NCBI GenBank assembly: GCA_951406725.2
Contig: OX597817.1
Span: forward strand, 61,194,001-61,258,000
DNA length: 64,000 bases
Origin: Octopus vulgaris
Lineage: Eukaryota
Direction of reading: 5' to 3'
Shown here: positions 13,306 to 27,392 of the stretch, in pieces
Layout of the letters: each line of letters begins with the position of its first letter
Numbering within the stretch: position 1 is the stretch's first letter
Program-made: the position numbers and the translations under genes
Notes under the pieces: generated by a model
Databases searched by the model: none
Told to the model about the DNA's origin: nothing
Seen by the model: only the letters and a program-made list of their open reading frames with translations

Positions 13306-14376
13306 AAAAAAGGTTTGAAAATGCAATTTAAACGATGTTTATTTACTTAACCGGTTTCACTCTTTGGTAAAAGATTGTCAAAAGTTACATTTAAGGAAAC
13401 ATTGAATAATATGGGTTCAAAAAAAGTTTTTTACATAATTGTCACATTGAATATTATGCATTCAAAAAAGTTTTTTACATAATTGTCACATTGGATATTA
13501 TGGGTTCAAAAAAGTTTTTTACATAATTGTCACATTGAATATTATGCATTCAAAAAAGTTTTTTACATAATTGTCACATTGGATATTATGAATTCAAAAA
13601 TGTTTTTTTATACATAATTGTCACATTATTTGGGAAAATTTGGCAGAAAAGGATAAAACAAATATATTATTGGGAATTGGTTGCGTTAATTATTGGTTGT
13701 CGCAAATTGTCACATTACATGTATATATATACAATCTTTGGTATATATATACAGCGTTTTGACAGCAAAAATTAAAATGGATTTTTTGTCCATCTCAGAA
13801 TATTTTAAGTATGTTTTTACTGACCTGTTAGTATTAGCAGAAAGGCTGAACTGAGAGAACAGAAGTAGCCAATGTGGTGTATACTTCCCCTTTATGCATG
13901 AATGATTTTGGGGTTATCAGGAGGTTAGTATGCGGGTGTGAATAGATGTGTCCGTGCCTGCTGGTCAGACAGCGTCTGTTTGTCACACACATATATATAC
14001 ACACAAACACACACACACACAACAACACACACACACACACACATAGTATACAAACACAAACCACATACAGACAACACACACACACACAGAACACACACAC
14101 CCACACACAACGCACCCACATATATCACATATATACACAGCACACAAATATAACATGTATCTATATATAATATACACAGATATATAACACACATACACAC
14201 ACACACAACACACGCACACATACATACATAATATAAATATCACACAAATACACCTAGCATATATATATATACACATACAATACACACATACAGCATGTAA
14301 GTAATATACATACACAATATATGCATGCAATATACATACGCAATACATACATACAATATATATATATATAGACAAC

Positions 14377-14814
14377 GCAAAATTACACAACACAAACCTA
14401 CCGCCCACCATCAAAAAATGTGGTCGCCCCAACTGTAAGACCTGCATCCACCTCATTGAGGGATCGTCGTACAAGTTCCACTCGGGACACACATTCATCA
14501 TAAAAAATAACTTCACGTGCGCATCAAAAAATTTACTCTACGTCATAAGGTGTGAAGGATGCCACGAAGACTACATAGGGCAAACGAGCCTTACCCTCAG
14601 AGACAGAATGACAGTTCACCGACAACAACTGAGGGACCCCTCCACAAGACAGATACCACTAAGTGGACACTTAGACCTTTGTGCACACAATAAGTCCCCC
14701 AAATTCTTAGTCTTCCCACTATACCAATGCTCGGACAACACCACAGACCAAACACGAATAAATAAGGAAAGTAATCTTATTCAAAAATACAGACCACAAC
14801 TAAACATACTCTAA
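14377..14814 (+). CDS. GIY-YIG endonuclease C-terminal part of a PLE polyprotein (partial)
   Basis: Open frame AKLHN...KKCGRPNCKTCIH...FTCASKNLLYVIRCEGCHEDYIGQT...RMTVH...RINKESNLIQKYRPQLN*: a Cys-rich linker plus LLY...YIG motif, typical of Neptune-type PLEs. Confidence 0.88.
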   Translation, partial: AKLHNTNLPPTIKKCGRPNCKTCIHLIEGSSYKFHSGHTFIIKNNFTCASKNLLYVIRCEGCHEDYIGQTSLTLRDRMTVHRQQLRDPSTRQIPLSGHLDLCAHNKSPKFLVFPLYQCSDNTTDQTRINKESNLIQKYRPQLNIL

Positions 14815-15198
14815 CATACCCCCTGGAAGCACATCCAGAGCAAGCACACAGGGACGCGCGCACGCTCACAGCATATCGTGCGGGCGGGCACATGCGCGCA
14901 TCGGCACGCATAGGACACACTAGCGGGCATTGACCGCACACATACGTGGCATGCACACGCATGCATTATATATATGTAGGTGATATATGTGTGTGTGTGT
15001 GTGTGTGTGCACTGTGTGCGTGTGTGTGTATATGTGTGTGTGCGCGCGTTGTATGTGTTTGTGTGTGTGCACGTGTGTATATATGTGTGTGTGTGTGTGC
15101 ACTGTGTGCGGGTGTGTGTGTATGTGTGTGTGTGTGTGTGTGTGAGCATTGTATACGTGTGTATGTATTTACATATGTATCTTTTTTTTTTTTTTTTT

Positions 15199-15240
<42 letters not shown>

Positions 15241-16629
15241 TGTGTGTGTATATGCATGGTATGTGTGTATATGTTAGTACTTTGTTTGTGTGTATGTGCG
15301 GCATGTAGAGATATATTTGAGTGTGTACGCTATAGGTTTGTAATTTGTGTGTGTGGGGGGTGGTGAATTTTTTATATATATATGTGTGTGTGTATGTGTG
15401 TGAAAAAATATATGTATGTGCATGTATGTATGTATGTATGTGTGTATATATATATATATATATGTGTATATATATGTGTGTGTGTGTATGTGTGTGTGTG
15501 TATATTTATTTGCATGTTTATGTGTGTATAAACATGTACATTATTTGCATGCGCATTGTATATATGTATATTGTATGTATGTGTATTGGATATGTACGTG
15601 TACAATTAAGTGTATATATTTGTGTGTATGTGTGCACTGTATATATGTATATTGTAGGTGTGCTATATGTGCATGAATACATGTATATGCATTGCGTGTA
15701 TATATATGTATGCATTGTGTGTGTATGTATGTTATGTGTGTGTGTGTATATATATATATTATATGTATGCGTACGTGTATGTGTATGCATTGTGTGTATG
15801 TGTGTTGTGTGTATATGTGGTACATCTATGTATGTGTATGTAAACACTATTTATATGTATATGTGTATATATGTATATGCATTGTCTATATATATATATA
15901 TTGTATGTATGTATTGCGTATGTATATTGCATGCATATATTGTGTATGTATATTACTTACATGCTGTATGTGTGTATTGTATGTGTATATATATATATGC
16001 TAGGTGTATTTGTGTGATATTTATATTATGTATGTATGTGTGCGTGTGTTGTGTGTGTGTGTATGTGTGTTATATATCTGTGTATATTATATATAGATAC
16101 ATGTTATATTTGTGTGCTGTGTATATATGTGATATATGTGGGTGCGTTGTGTGTGGGTGTGTGTGTTCTGTGTGTGTGTGTGTTGTCTGTATGTGGTTTG
16201 TGTTTGTATACTATGTGTGTGTGTGTGTGTGTTGTTGTGTGTGTGTGTGTTTGTGTGTATATATATGTGTGTGACAAACAGACGCTGTCTGACCAGCAGG
16301 CACGGACACATCTATTCACACCCGCATACTAACCTCCTGATAACCCCAAAATCATTCATGCATAAAGGGGAAGTATACACCACATTGGCTACTTCTGTTC
16401 TCTCAGTTCAGCCTTTCTGCTAATACTAACAGGTCAGTAAAAACATACTTAAAATATTCTGAGATGGACAAAAAATCCATTTTAATTTTTGCTGTCAAAA
16501 CGCTGTATATATATACCAAAGATTGTATATATATACATGTAATGTGACAATTTGCGACAACCAATAATTAACGCAACCAATTCCCAATAATATATTTGTT
16601 TTATCCTTTTCTGCCAAATTTTCCCAAAT

Positions 16630-16858
16630 AATGTGACAATTATGTATAAAAAAACATTTTTGAATTCATAATATCCAATGTGACAATTATGTAAAAAACT
16701 TTTTTGAATGCATAATATTCAATGTGACAATTATGTAAAAAACTTTTTTTGAACCCATAATATCCAATGTGACAATTATGTAAAAAACTTTTTTGAATGC
16801 ATAATATTCAATGTGACAATTATGTAAAAAACTTTTTTTGAACCCATATTATTCAATG
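16630..16858. repeat. About 44-47-bp tandem repeat x5 in PLE 3' UTR (mirrored at about 13400-13628)
   Basis: Units read AATGTGACAATTATGTAAAAAACTTTTTTGAA(TG/CC)CATAATAT(T/C)C. Confidence 0.9.
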
Positions 16859-16872
16859 TTTCCTTAAATGTA

Positions 16873-16913
16873 ACTTTTGACAATCTTTTACCAAAGAGTG
16901 AAACCGGTTAAGT
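16873..16913 (+). ncRNA. Hammerhead motif, U3-A8 variant (mirror copy at about 13345-13385, minus strand)
   Basis: ACTT-TTGACAA-TCTTT(TACC)AAAGA-GT-GAAA-CCG-GTT^AAGT: stem I ACTT/AAGT, palindromic AACCGGTT stem III, followed by AATAAA. Confidence 0.6.
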
Positions 16914-16990
16914 AAATAAACATCGTTTAAATTGCATTTTCAAACCTTTTTTCTTATATAATCCCACTCGTGCGATACCCCACAACTCAA

Positions 16991-17022
<32 letters not shown>

Positions 17023-17082
17023 TATGATTGATTGATTGATTGATTCTAGTTTCAGCTTATGAGCTGTGGCCATGCTGGGGCA

Positions 17083-17121
<39 letters not shown>

Positions 17122-17446
17122 CGACAGTGGGTGTATTAATAACGGGGGTAATATTTATCGCCGTTTGAACATGAATATTCTGTAAGACCAAATGATACTG
17201 CGGTAGATACCATAAAAGAAACTCAGGTACCGAGTTTCTCTGGCGGGCTGGAAAAATTTAAGAATGTTTATCATATATGATGTACGGTTGTCAGGGAAAT
17301 GTGCCCTGTGTATCACATGTGAAAGGCAAAGGGTTAAATAAAACTGGGATTCACAAATATTTCTCAAACTGGTGCCGTGGCCTGATTTTAAAAGAATTTG
17401 GTGCAACACATGAAAAAGAATTATCTGAATATACCCACCTGTCATA

Positions 17447-17522
<76 letters not shown>

Positions 17523-17844
17523 GTCTGTCTATCTACCAATCTATTTAATTCTAAAACTCTGTGATTGCTCGCTTGCGTGTGTTCTTGTCTGTAATACAGC
17601 CAAACCGGTGCATAATGGGAAAATACTCTGAAAGTAAGGTATTCCTGAAATGTGGATACAAACGGCATAAAACAAGTTTCGCATAAATCGGACCACGGAT
17701 TCCCGAGATATGCGGTTTTTGGGGGTACCTTCATAAATAACCAAAATGGCACGTAATGGAAAAATGCTCCGAAAGTAACATAACCCTGAAAAGAGAACAT
17801 ATAATACTCTGAAAATTATTTCTATTAATTTTATATTTGCGTTA

Positions 17845-18047
17845 AGGCAGCGAGCTGGCAGAATTGGACAGAATGCTTGGCGGTATTTTGCCCGTCGCTA
17901 CTTTCTGAGTTCAAATTCTACCGAGGTCGACTTTGCCTTTCATCCTTTCGGGGTCAATAAAATAAGTACCAGCGAAATGCTGGGGTCGATGAAATCGACT
18001 AGTCACCTCCCTACAACATTTCAGGCCTTGTGCCTTTAGTAGAAAGG
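17845..18047 (+). mobile_element. tRNA-derived SINE with Nin-like central domain
   Basis: GAGTTCAAAT B box followed by GTCGACTTTGCCTTTCATCCTTTCGGGGTC. Same family at 38765, 44883 and 60360. Confidence 0.85.
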
Positions 18048-18569
18048 TTTTAACTTTATGTTTACGTTATATAATTAATTCCTTTTGCATTTTTGTAGAA
18101 GTGTGTACATAAGCCATAAATAAACGCTGTTACTGGAGTTCAAGTTTATTCCGGAAGTTCTATTTCTACTGGATGCTGTAAATAATCAATAAAGCCTTAA
18201 ACATGAACTTGGACCTATGATGACACGAACGAATTTAAATATTTAATTGAATCATCATAAAATTAACTTTCATTTCAATGCAATGTTGAAATCAGCTTCA
18301 ATGTTTTATAACCTGAACCGCCATTGACCCAACGGGCCACGGGTAGATATAAATAATTCAGATCCGAATGTAACTGTTTTAAATGGAACTTAAATTTATG
18401 TATATTTATTAAAGGGAAACTTTGGCGTAGTTCTTAAAGAATATGAAGCTATACATGAAATAGAAATTTGTGAATTCACTTCTCTTAAAATATATAAGAA
18501 GGCATCACAAATATTGGACTTCCACATTCAGAAAATAGTCTGAAAATATATTTACTTGAAGAATCTTGC

Positions 18570-18938
18570 TTAGGGACCATGAGGTACTGGGTTCAGTCCC
18601 ACTTCGTGGCACTTTGGGCAAGTGTCTTCTACTACAGCCCCGAGCCGACCGGTGTCATGTGAGTGAATATGTCCGATGGAAACTGTGTGGAAGCCCGTCT
18701 ATATATGTGCGTGCGTCTGTATGAGTGTGTGTACGTGTTTCTGTGTTTGTCACTCCACAATTCGACAACCGGTGTTGATGTATTTACATTCCCTCAATCT
18801 AGTAGTTCGGCGTACGAGACCGATAGAACGAGTAATAGACTTCAAGAATTATACCGGGGTAGATTTGTTCGACTAAACCTTTCAAGGTAGTGCCCAAGCA
18901 TGGTCGTAGTCCAATGACTGAAACAAGCGGAAGATAAT
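18570..18938 (+). mobile_element. tRNA/CORE-type SINE with internal microsatellite
   Basis: GGTTCAGTCCC B box, TTGGGCAAGTGTCTT CORE-like segment, and a 3' module GCCCAAGCATGG...TGACTGAAACAAG shared with other copies. Confidence 0.75.
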
Positions 18939-19270
18939 AGCTATTCATAAATATTTTGCTCATTCCTTTGAAGGTTCTTTTAACATTATACAAGTCGGTT
19001 CTCTCACGGTTTCTTAAACGTTCAAACTTCATCACTCACATACACACCAGCGTGTGCATGCGTTTACATTTGTGTGTGTGTGTGTGTGTGTGTTTGTATT
19101 CGTGTGTGTGTATATACGTACGTAAATACACACACGTACACACGCACACAAGTGCTTATGTATGTACTTATGAGTAAGTGTTGGCAAGTACATATGTATG
19201 TCAGTTATGTTTATATGTGTGTGCGTGTATGCGTATGTATGTATATACATACATATATATATATATATAT

Positions 19271-19329
<59 letters not shown>

Positions 19330-19381
19330 TACACACATACATACATACGCATACGCAATATATGGTTATGACTATAGAAAA

Positions 19382-19429
<48 letters not shown>

Positions 19430-20574
19430 AGATCTATATGTGCGTGTGTGTATGTATATGCTTATGCACACACACACATACAGCCATAACTAAATGTTTG
19501 TATGTATATGGCGTTAAAACTGTAGCCCATTATAAATCTAAAACCTTTACTAATGACCTAAATCCAGGCTGACATCTCATTTAAACATTTTCCTTTAAAA
19601 TGTTTCCATCACCAATAACACAAGCAAGCTTAGAAATAAATAAACAGGCCGACTCTCCGCAATTTCTTTTTCCTCTACATATGCGCACACACTGTAGAAT
19701 CTGCCTTAGTCAAAGACTACGAGAGAGAGAATCTTCAAAATTAACTAATAAAATGTCAGGTTTTTTACTCGCCAAGAATTATAATGTAAATTGCGGAATT
19801 TTTATTAGAGTACACGACTAACTTAATACACACGTGTATACGTATGTGTGCGAGTGTGCACGTGAATGTATGTATGTATATGTGGATAGATGTATGTATG
19901 TATATATAGTCTTTTATTCTTTTATTTGTTTCAGTCATTTGACTGCAGCCATGCTGGAGCACCGTCTTTAATATTAATGTTGGATTTCATGTGCAGTTAT
20001 AATAAAAATAAATTTTACATTAATCTGATGAGTTAATATATACTTCTGTAGTGTACAAATTTATTATTCTTGTACGATGGCTGGTCGAAACTTCGAAGTC
20101 ATTGTCAGCAACATTCTTGTATAAGAATAATATATATAATCGCAATAATGTTGTTACCCGGATGTGCCATCAGGAAGAGTTCAGGATGTATTTTGATTGG
20201 ATTGATAGTCCCTCACTATTAGCTGTATATATAATGCTTAATGCTAACGCCGGGAGAATTTTGAAATTACGAGAACGGGAAATAATATTTTTTAAACGGT
20301 GAATCCCGAAGCAAATAACACTATGAATAACATCATATATTAATATAAATGTATTCATTTGTGTGTGTGTTGGGGGGAGGTGTATACACACTCGCATTTA
20401 TACATATATTCGCAAGGGTATACACACCATTCATGTATCCCGACCCTCTTGTCTCACCACTGCCAGTCTTGCATTCAATGGCCTTTTCCCCTCCCTTACC
20501 ACTATTCCCAATTTTCTCTCCCATAGCATCGGATGGCAGGAATCTTACACACACATACACACAAATATATAGAC

Positions 20575-20627
<53 letters not shown>

Positions 20628-22228
20628 CGTAGATGATAGGTTTAATCCGTCGCCCGATTAAAGGCAACCATTTAGCGCGTTGAATGCCTTTACCACTCAG
20701 CTGAAAACATACAAGTAAAGTATTTGACTTCAAGATACCTTTCTTTGTGGCCCCCACCAATCACATATGCCTTGCAAAGTGTCATGGCCATTGACGAAAG
20801 GGATAAAAATAATTACACCTACTTTGTCTCCCGGCATAAAAATGCTTGGCCTTTTGCCAGTCGAAGGAATCAATTTTCTTGTAATAAACAGCGATGCGTA
20901 TAAAGTAGAAAAGGTTCTTGCGTTTAAAAACCGAAGCATTGTTAGAGAGCAATGAGCTAGAATTAAACCCAAAATAGTGCCAACCTAAGTAGGAACCTGG
21001 CACCGAGTAGTAGTCACCAAGATGAAGTATAGAAGAAGATGGAAAGAAACTGGCTTAAAATGTTACTACAGCAAAAGAATATGTTGATGTATATGATTCC
21101 GTTTTCATGAATTCACTTTGCAAGTGGATTTTGCGAATCGAAAAAACAAAACAAAATAAGACAAACGAAAGAAAAACAAAGAAAATAACAAAAACCAAAA
21201 GTAACTACAAAGGTTTCGACCGCGAATCACTCACGCGGAAAAGAAATCACAGGCGAACACCAAGAAATTAGCTGACGTAAGAGTTTCTAGTGTTGAAGAG
21301 GAGAGAAGATATGATCGGCGGATGGAGAAGATGAGAAATTAGATCAGTTAGAAAAACAAAGGGAAATGCTAAACACACACATAAAAAGAAAACAACATAA
21401 AGAAAAACAAGTAAAAAAAAGGTGGGTGGGGGGTAAATACCACACACACATACACAGATTTATGTGTGTATATATATATATGCATGTATGTATATATGTA
21501 TGTTCGTGTGACAACACATTGGAAATATACACACGCCAGGGAAAATGTAATTTAAACACAAAATAATGGAAATGTACTTTATATGTGAATGTGTATATAT
21601 GTGTAAATCGAGGTAAGAGAGAGAGAGAGAGAGAGACAGCCAGCCAGCCAGACAGACAGACAGATAATAGTAATAAATTATACACTCGCTATAGAAACAT
21701 AACAAATACGAGCAGTGTGTTTATAGTAAATGACAAACAAAAAACTCCACTACAATGACACCAGAATTGAAGAATATATAAAGAAAATGGTAACAGTGAA
21801 ATATATACACATCTTATTTCTTGTGAAGAGAAAATAACAACAGTAAAAACACAATAAAAGGAACGGAAAAAAGTAATAATTAAAAACAGATAATATAAAA
21901 AAAAAAACGTGGATGATACAGTAAAAGAAGAAAATAAAAAAAAGAAAAACTGATGATGAATTCTGAAAGAATCCCTGCAGGGTCATCAGGAGCAAGATGG
22001 AGAGAAATGAGATCATTAACACTTTTAAGTTGACGCAATGCTGGGTCGATCCTCTAGAGTAGCGCGGAGGAGGGCGGTGGCAAGGGAATTTAAAGTACAT
22101 TGCGCGTGTGTGCATGTGCGAGTCTGTGTGTGTATGCATGTGCGTGTGTGCGTGTGTATGTGTGTGTATATGTCCAAATGTTTCTTCTTAACCAAAATTT
22201 ACGCGTTATTATTTATAGCTTTATCTAC

Positions 22229-22273
<45 letters not shown>

Positions 22274-22812
22274 TACACATACGTACGCACACATGCAAAC
22301 ACACACGTATGCGCTCTGAGTGCTTAAATAGGTATGTATGCCATTTTAACCTATATATATATATATATTCGTATAAATACATCCTCACACACACACACAC
22401 ACATATATATATTTGATAAGCTTGTAAGAAAACGGACAAACAGCTGGGGTTTTACTTTACATTTCAATATTTCGGATTTATGACCTCCTCTTCTGGACAT
22501 GAGCAGGTGTGCAGCCTTGTAACAAAGGTATTGGGTTCTTATTCGCTTCTCACCATTTTAAGTTCAATATTCGGGTCTAGTAGCGAAATTTCATTCTTCA
22601 GCAAAATACTTCATTTCACTTGATTCTTTCCACTCTGTTGAAAAATGGGTAGCATCCTACTGCAGCTGGTTCCACAACCATCCCTCTATTCTTCTAACTG
22701 TCACATCTTAGATCTCTGCAGTCAAGACTCGTCGGGTTTAGAAGGTGTCTATATCAGCTTTCAAATACATAGGAACTAAGGTTCCTATGTATTTGAAACA
22801 TTTAGTAAAAGT

Positions 22813-22864
<52 letters not shown>

Positions 22865-23029
22865 TAAATCAGACAGCTTTGCGTGTGGCGCCTGTGACTT
22901 TGGATATATTTGTCGTTATCTAGCGGAAGCTCCTACGCAGGTCTGTATGCTGAAAATAGCAGGAAAATGTGTTTGAAATCACTCCCCGCTCTACAACTGT
23001 ATGAAAAAGGAGATGAATGAACATGAAGG

Positions 23030-23372
23030 GCTGCGGCCATGCTGGGGCGCCGTCTTCAACGGCTTTAGTCGAACAAATGAACCCCAATACATATTTTTTT
23101 AAAGTCTAGTATTTATTCGTTTAGCAAACAGATAAGTTATGGGAACCAACACAAGTTATCATAGTATGAGTGGACAAAAACAAGGACAAAGAAACAATAC
23201 ACACACATATATGCAATGGGATTCTCTCTGTTTCCATCAACCAACTCCAATCGCAAGGCTTTGATCGGCTTCAGGCTATAGAAAAAATCTTGCCCAAGAT
23301 ACACGAAGTAGGCTCGAACCCATAATCTTGTAGTTAGGAAGAAAACATATCAACCTCACAACCATTCCTGCG
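23030..23372 (-). mobile_element. Decayed CORE-type SINE
   Basis: GCGGCCATGCTGGGGC tail module and TTGCCCAAG segment, in reverse orientation. Confidence 0.65.
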
Positions 23373-23868
23373 AAAAATTTTTAATTGAATATAAAAATAA
23401 ATAAAATTGATTATATTATGTAACATGAAAATGCCGGCACCGAAAACTGCATCTCTGTAGTTTTGTGAAGTTGAATCCTTTTCCAGGATATTGCAGATTA
23501 ACATGGAGATAATTTAAGCGTCTGAACTGGGAAATAAATCCGAAACTGAAGACTCGACAGAGCGAAAGAGCTTAGCAACCATTCATTCTTAGACGTTAGC
23601 ATATTTATTTTAATTTCCCCGTTAATCTAAACATTTAGACGTCTTGAAAAATCACAGACGAAACCCTTCTGGAATGGTAAAGAAGAGTCTATTTACTCGG
23701 CTACTGAACTCGCCTTTCACTGAGCAGCACTAGTACAGAATAAAACACATAAAAAATGCATATATACACATATATGCACACACACGCACACAAACGCATG
23801 TATATATTATATGTATATATTATATGTATGTATGTATATACATATATGCACACACACATACATACATA

Positions 23869-23993
<125 letters not shown>

Positions 23994-24094
23994 GTGTATG
24001 AATGTACGTATTTAAGATTATGCATGTAATCAAACGTTTGGCTGTGTGTATATACGTAATGTTCAACAGCCAGATGATAATAATAATAATGATG

Positions 24095-24184
<90 letters not shown>

Positions 24185-24912
24185 GTAATAAAAGATAGAT
24201 AGATAGATAGATAGATAGATTGAGAGAGAGATAGATAGATAGATACATACATACATACATACATACATACATACATACATACATACATACATACATACAT
24301 ACATACATGGATGGATGGATGGATAGCAATAGTGAATAGTTTTTGTTTTAAAGTATCACATTTCTGTATACGAGTGGATGAAAAACAATTGTGCACGCGT
24401 AAATATATCGGAAAGGTTAATGGAAAGAAATGGCAAAAAAAAGGTCAAATGTGTATATATGCATATGTATGTGTATATGTATGTATGTATTTATGTGATG
24501 TGTAACTGTGGTAGAATATGCACATACATATGCATACATACGTACATCCATATACGGGTTTGTATGTGTACGTATCTATGTAGGTATGCATGAGTGCGTG
24601 CATGTATATGTGTGTATGTATGTATGTATGTATGTATGTATGTATGTATGTATGTATGTATGTATGTATGTATGTATGTATGGGATGATATGAAATCGGT
24701 GTGAGGCAACAAAGAGAGATTACGCATCTGGAACAGACACAACAACGAAGAAGAAATAAGGAATTGAAGAAACGGACGGAAGAAAGAAGGCATTCCGTCG
24801 TTGTTGATAAGAAACACAAAAACCACAAGAAAAGAAAAACGAAAAACGAAAATTGAAAGCATAAATAGCATTTTGAAAATCTGGGAAGAATAACAGTAAA
24901 ATCGGCACACAC

Positions 24913-24945
<33 letters not shown>

Positions 24946-25335
24946 TGTATGTATGTATGTATGTATGTGCGTATGTGTGTGTGTGTATGTATGTATGTAT
25001 GTATGTATGTATGTGTGTGTGTATGTGTGTATGTATGTGTGTATGTATGTATGTATGTAGGTGTGTGTATGTATGTGTGTATGTGTGTATGTGTGTATGT
25101 ATGTGTGTGTTTGTATGTATGTATGTATGTGTGTGTGTATGTATGTATGTATGTATGTGTGTATGTGTGTATGTATGTGTGTAAGTATGTATGTATGTAT
25201 GTATGTATGTATTTATGTATGTATGTATGTGTGTGTGTATGTATGTGTGTATGTGTGTATGTATGTATGTATGTATGTATGTGTGTATGTATGCGTGTAT
25301 GTATGTGTGTGTATGTATGTATGTATGTGTGTGCG

Positions 25336-25382
<47 letters not shown>

Positions 25383-25487
25383 TTGTGTGTGTCTGTGTAC
25401 ATATATATGAACTTACATGTATGTATGCATGTATGCACGTATTGCAACTCATAGCGAAAACAATAGATACTCACTAACCAATACACA

Positions 25488-25549
<62 letters not shown>

Positions 25550-26135
25550 TATACAAGGTACAAAGTGCAGCAAGTAACATTTACGAAATGTCATATGTGA
25601 TATTTACCACACAGTAACTACACGCAAACGCGTCTGCGCGCATGTATATCTATACGCATGCGTATGTGTGTATGTGTGTGTGTGTGTGTGTGTGTATTAG
25701 AAGAAATGAGGTCCTCAGAAATCCGGATGGTTTTATATTTACAGATATTTATTTGTATGTTACATGTTTTTATACATCATATATATTATATTCCATAATT
25801 ATCGCTTTCGTCCATTCTAGTGGAGTCTTCAAATTTTCCGGAAATCGGAAAAAATCCGATTTTTTCCAATGACCGGATGAAGAGATGGCGACATGGATTT
25901 CCACCTAGGCATCCGAAACTCGGAGTTTTATCATGGCTACCGAATAACTGTCACATATTACATTTACAGATAAATTCCTCTATTTACATAATATCTAGGT
26001 CTCTTCCATTCTTTTGTTGTCTTACCATTTTTATCAATATATATATATATAAATTCCTCTAGTTACATAATATCGAGGTCTCATTCTTTTGTTGTCATTT
26101 TATCATTATTATTATTAATATATATATACATATAC

Positions 26136-26172
<37 letters not shown>

Positions 26173-26268
26173 CACATACATATAGACTGAGAGATAGACA
26201 GATAGATTGATAGATTGATTGATTGATAGATAGATAGAGAGATAGATAGATAGATAGTTAGATAGATT

Positions 26269-26349
<81 letters not shown>

Positions 26350-27026
26350 GTTTCTTTATTGGCCACACAGGGCTGCACACAGATGGGACCAGTTACAAGG
26401 TAGAGCTTTTCTTTTGGGGGATGAAAAAAAACAAAAAACAAAAGAAAAGGTTTTCGATCGAGAGGATCGTAAAAGGGAAGAAAAGAACAAAATAAATAAA
26501 TAAATAAAATAAAATAAAAAATTAAAAAATAAAAATAAAAAAAAGAAAAGGAAAAGGAACAAAAGAAAAGAGAAATGAAAAAAGAAGAAAAAAGGGGAAG
26601 AGGAAAAAAAACGATCAATAGGGATCGTGTATCACAGTGTTATGATATATGGTGTAAAGGGGAAAGCAAGTAAGGTTTATCCGTGGGAAGAAAAGCCTAC
26701 GAAAAAGACCACGGTAACCTTGGTCAATATTGTTATATGTTACCACATTTGTTTGCAAGTGGGTAACCCTCTGTTTTCAATTTCTGGGTTCATAGGATTA
26801 TGCTCAAGGTGGCTTCGTCATTCATAAGTGCCATCCTTGCTACATTCACCCATCTTTTTTAAAACATTCGCTAGACAAAACTTGCCTCTCTACTCTCACT
26901 TTCCTTTTCAAGTGGTACTTGAAGAAGTTGATGAGAGATTGACCAGAGAGGAAAGTGTTTGTATCCAATCCTTTCAGACGCGTCCACCAGATACATTCTT
27001 TCGCCATAGCCACAAGGATGATGAAA
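26350..27026 (-). mobile_element. 5'-truncated Tx1/L1-like LINE 3' end inserted in (GATA)n
   Basis: Minus-strand peptide FIILVAMAKECIWWTRLK...INFFKYHLKRKVRVE resembles Tx1 ORF2 C-termini. A T-rich 3' UTR ends in CCAATAAAGAAA. (GATA)n lies on both flanks. Confidence 0.6.
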
Positions 27027-27132
<106 letters not shown>

Positions 27133-27392
27133 GGCTAGATAGGTACGTAGATATGATGTATAGATATATGTGTGTCTGTATGATGTATGCATGATGTGTG
27201 TATGGTGTACGTATGCGTGTATTCAATATATTTTTCTGCTGTATAGAACCGCCCTCCCTACGCTTCGACACAGAAACACAAATGTTTAAGAACTTTTAGA
27301 TTCGAATGAACAAAACCTTGTCTAAACTGAATCTACAAATGTCTGCTCTTCCGCTTTTCTCTGTCTCTCTCTCTCATACACACACACACATA

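Larger units (their letters stand above)
13303..16997 (+). mobile_element. 5'-truncated Penelope-like element with about 1.07-kb inverted 3' copy and about 37-nt tail
   Basis: 13303-14375 is the reverse complement of 15882-16955 (mirror ORFs in the track sum to 30257). A GIY-YIG fragment lies at 14377-14814 and an unpaired tail at 16961-16997. (TA)n flanks both sides. Confidence 0.9.

Noticed and set aside
16630-16858. 44-47-bp repeats as a possible CRISPR-like array
   Set aside because: The units are contiguous with only minor variants, forming a minisatellite in a PLE UTR.
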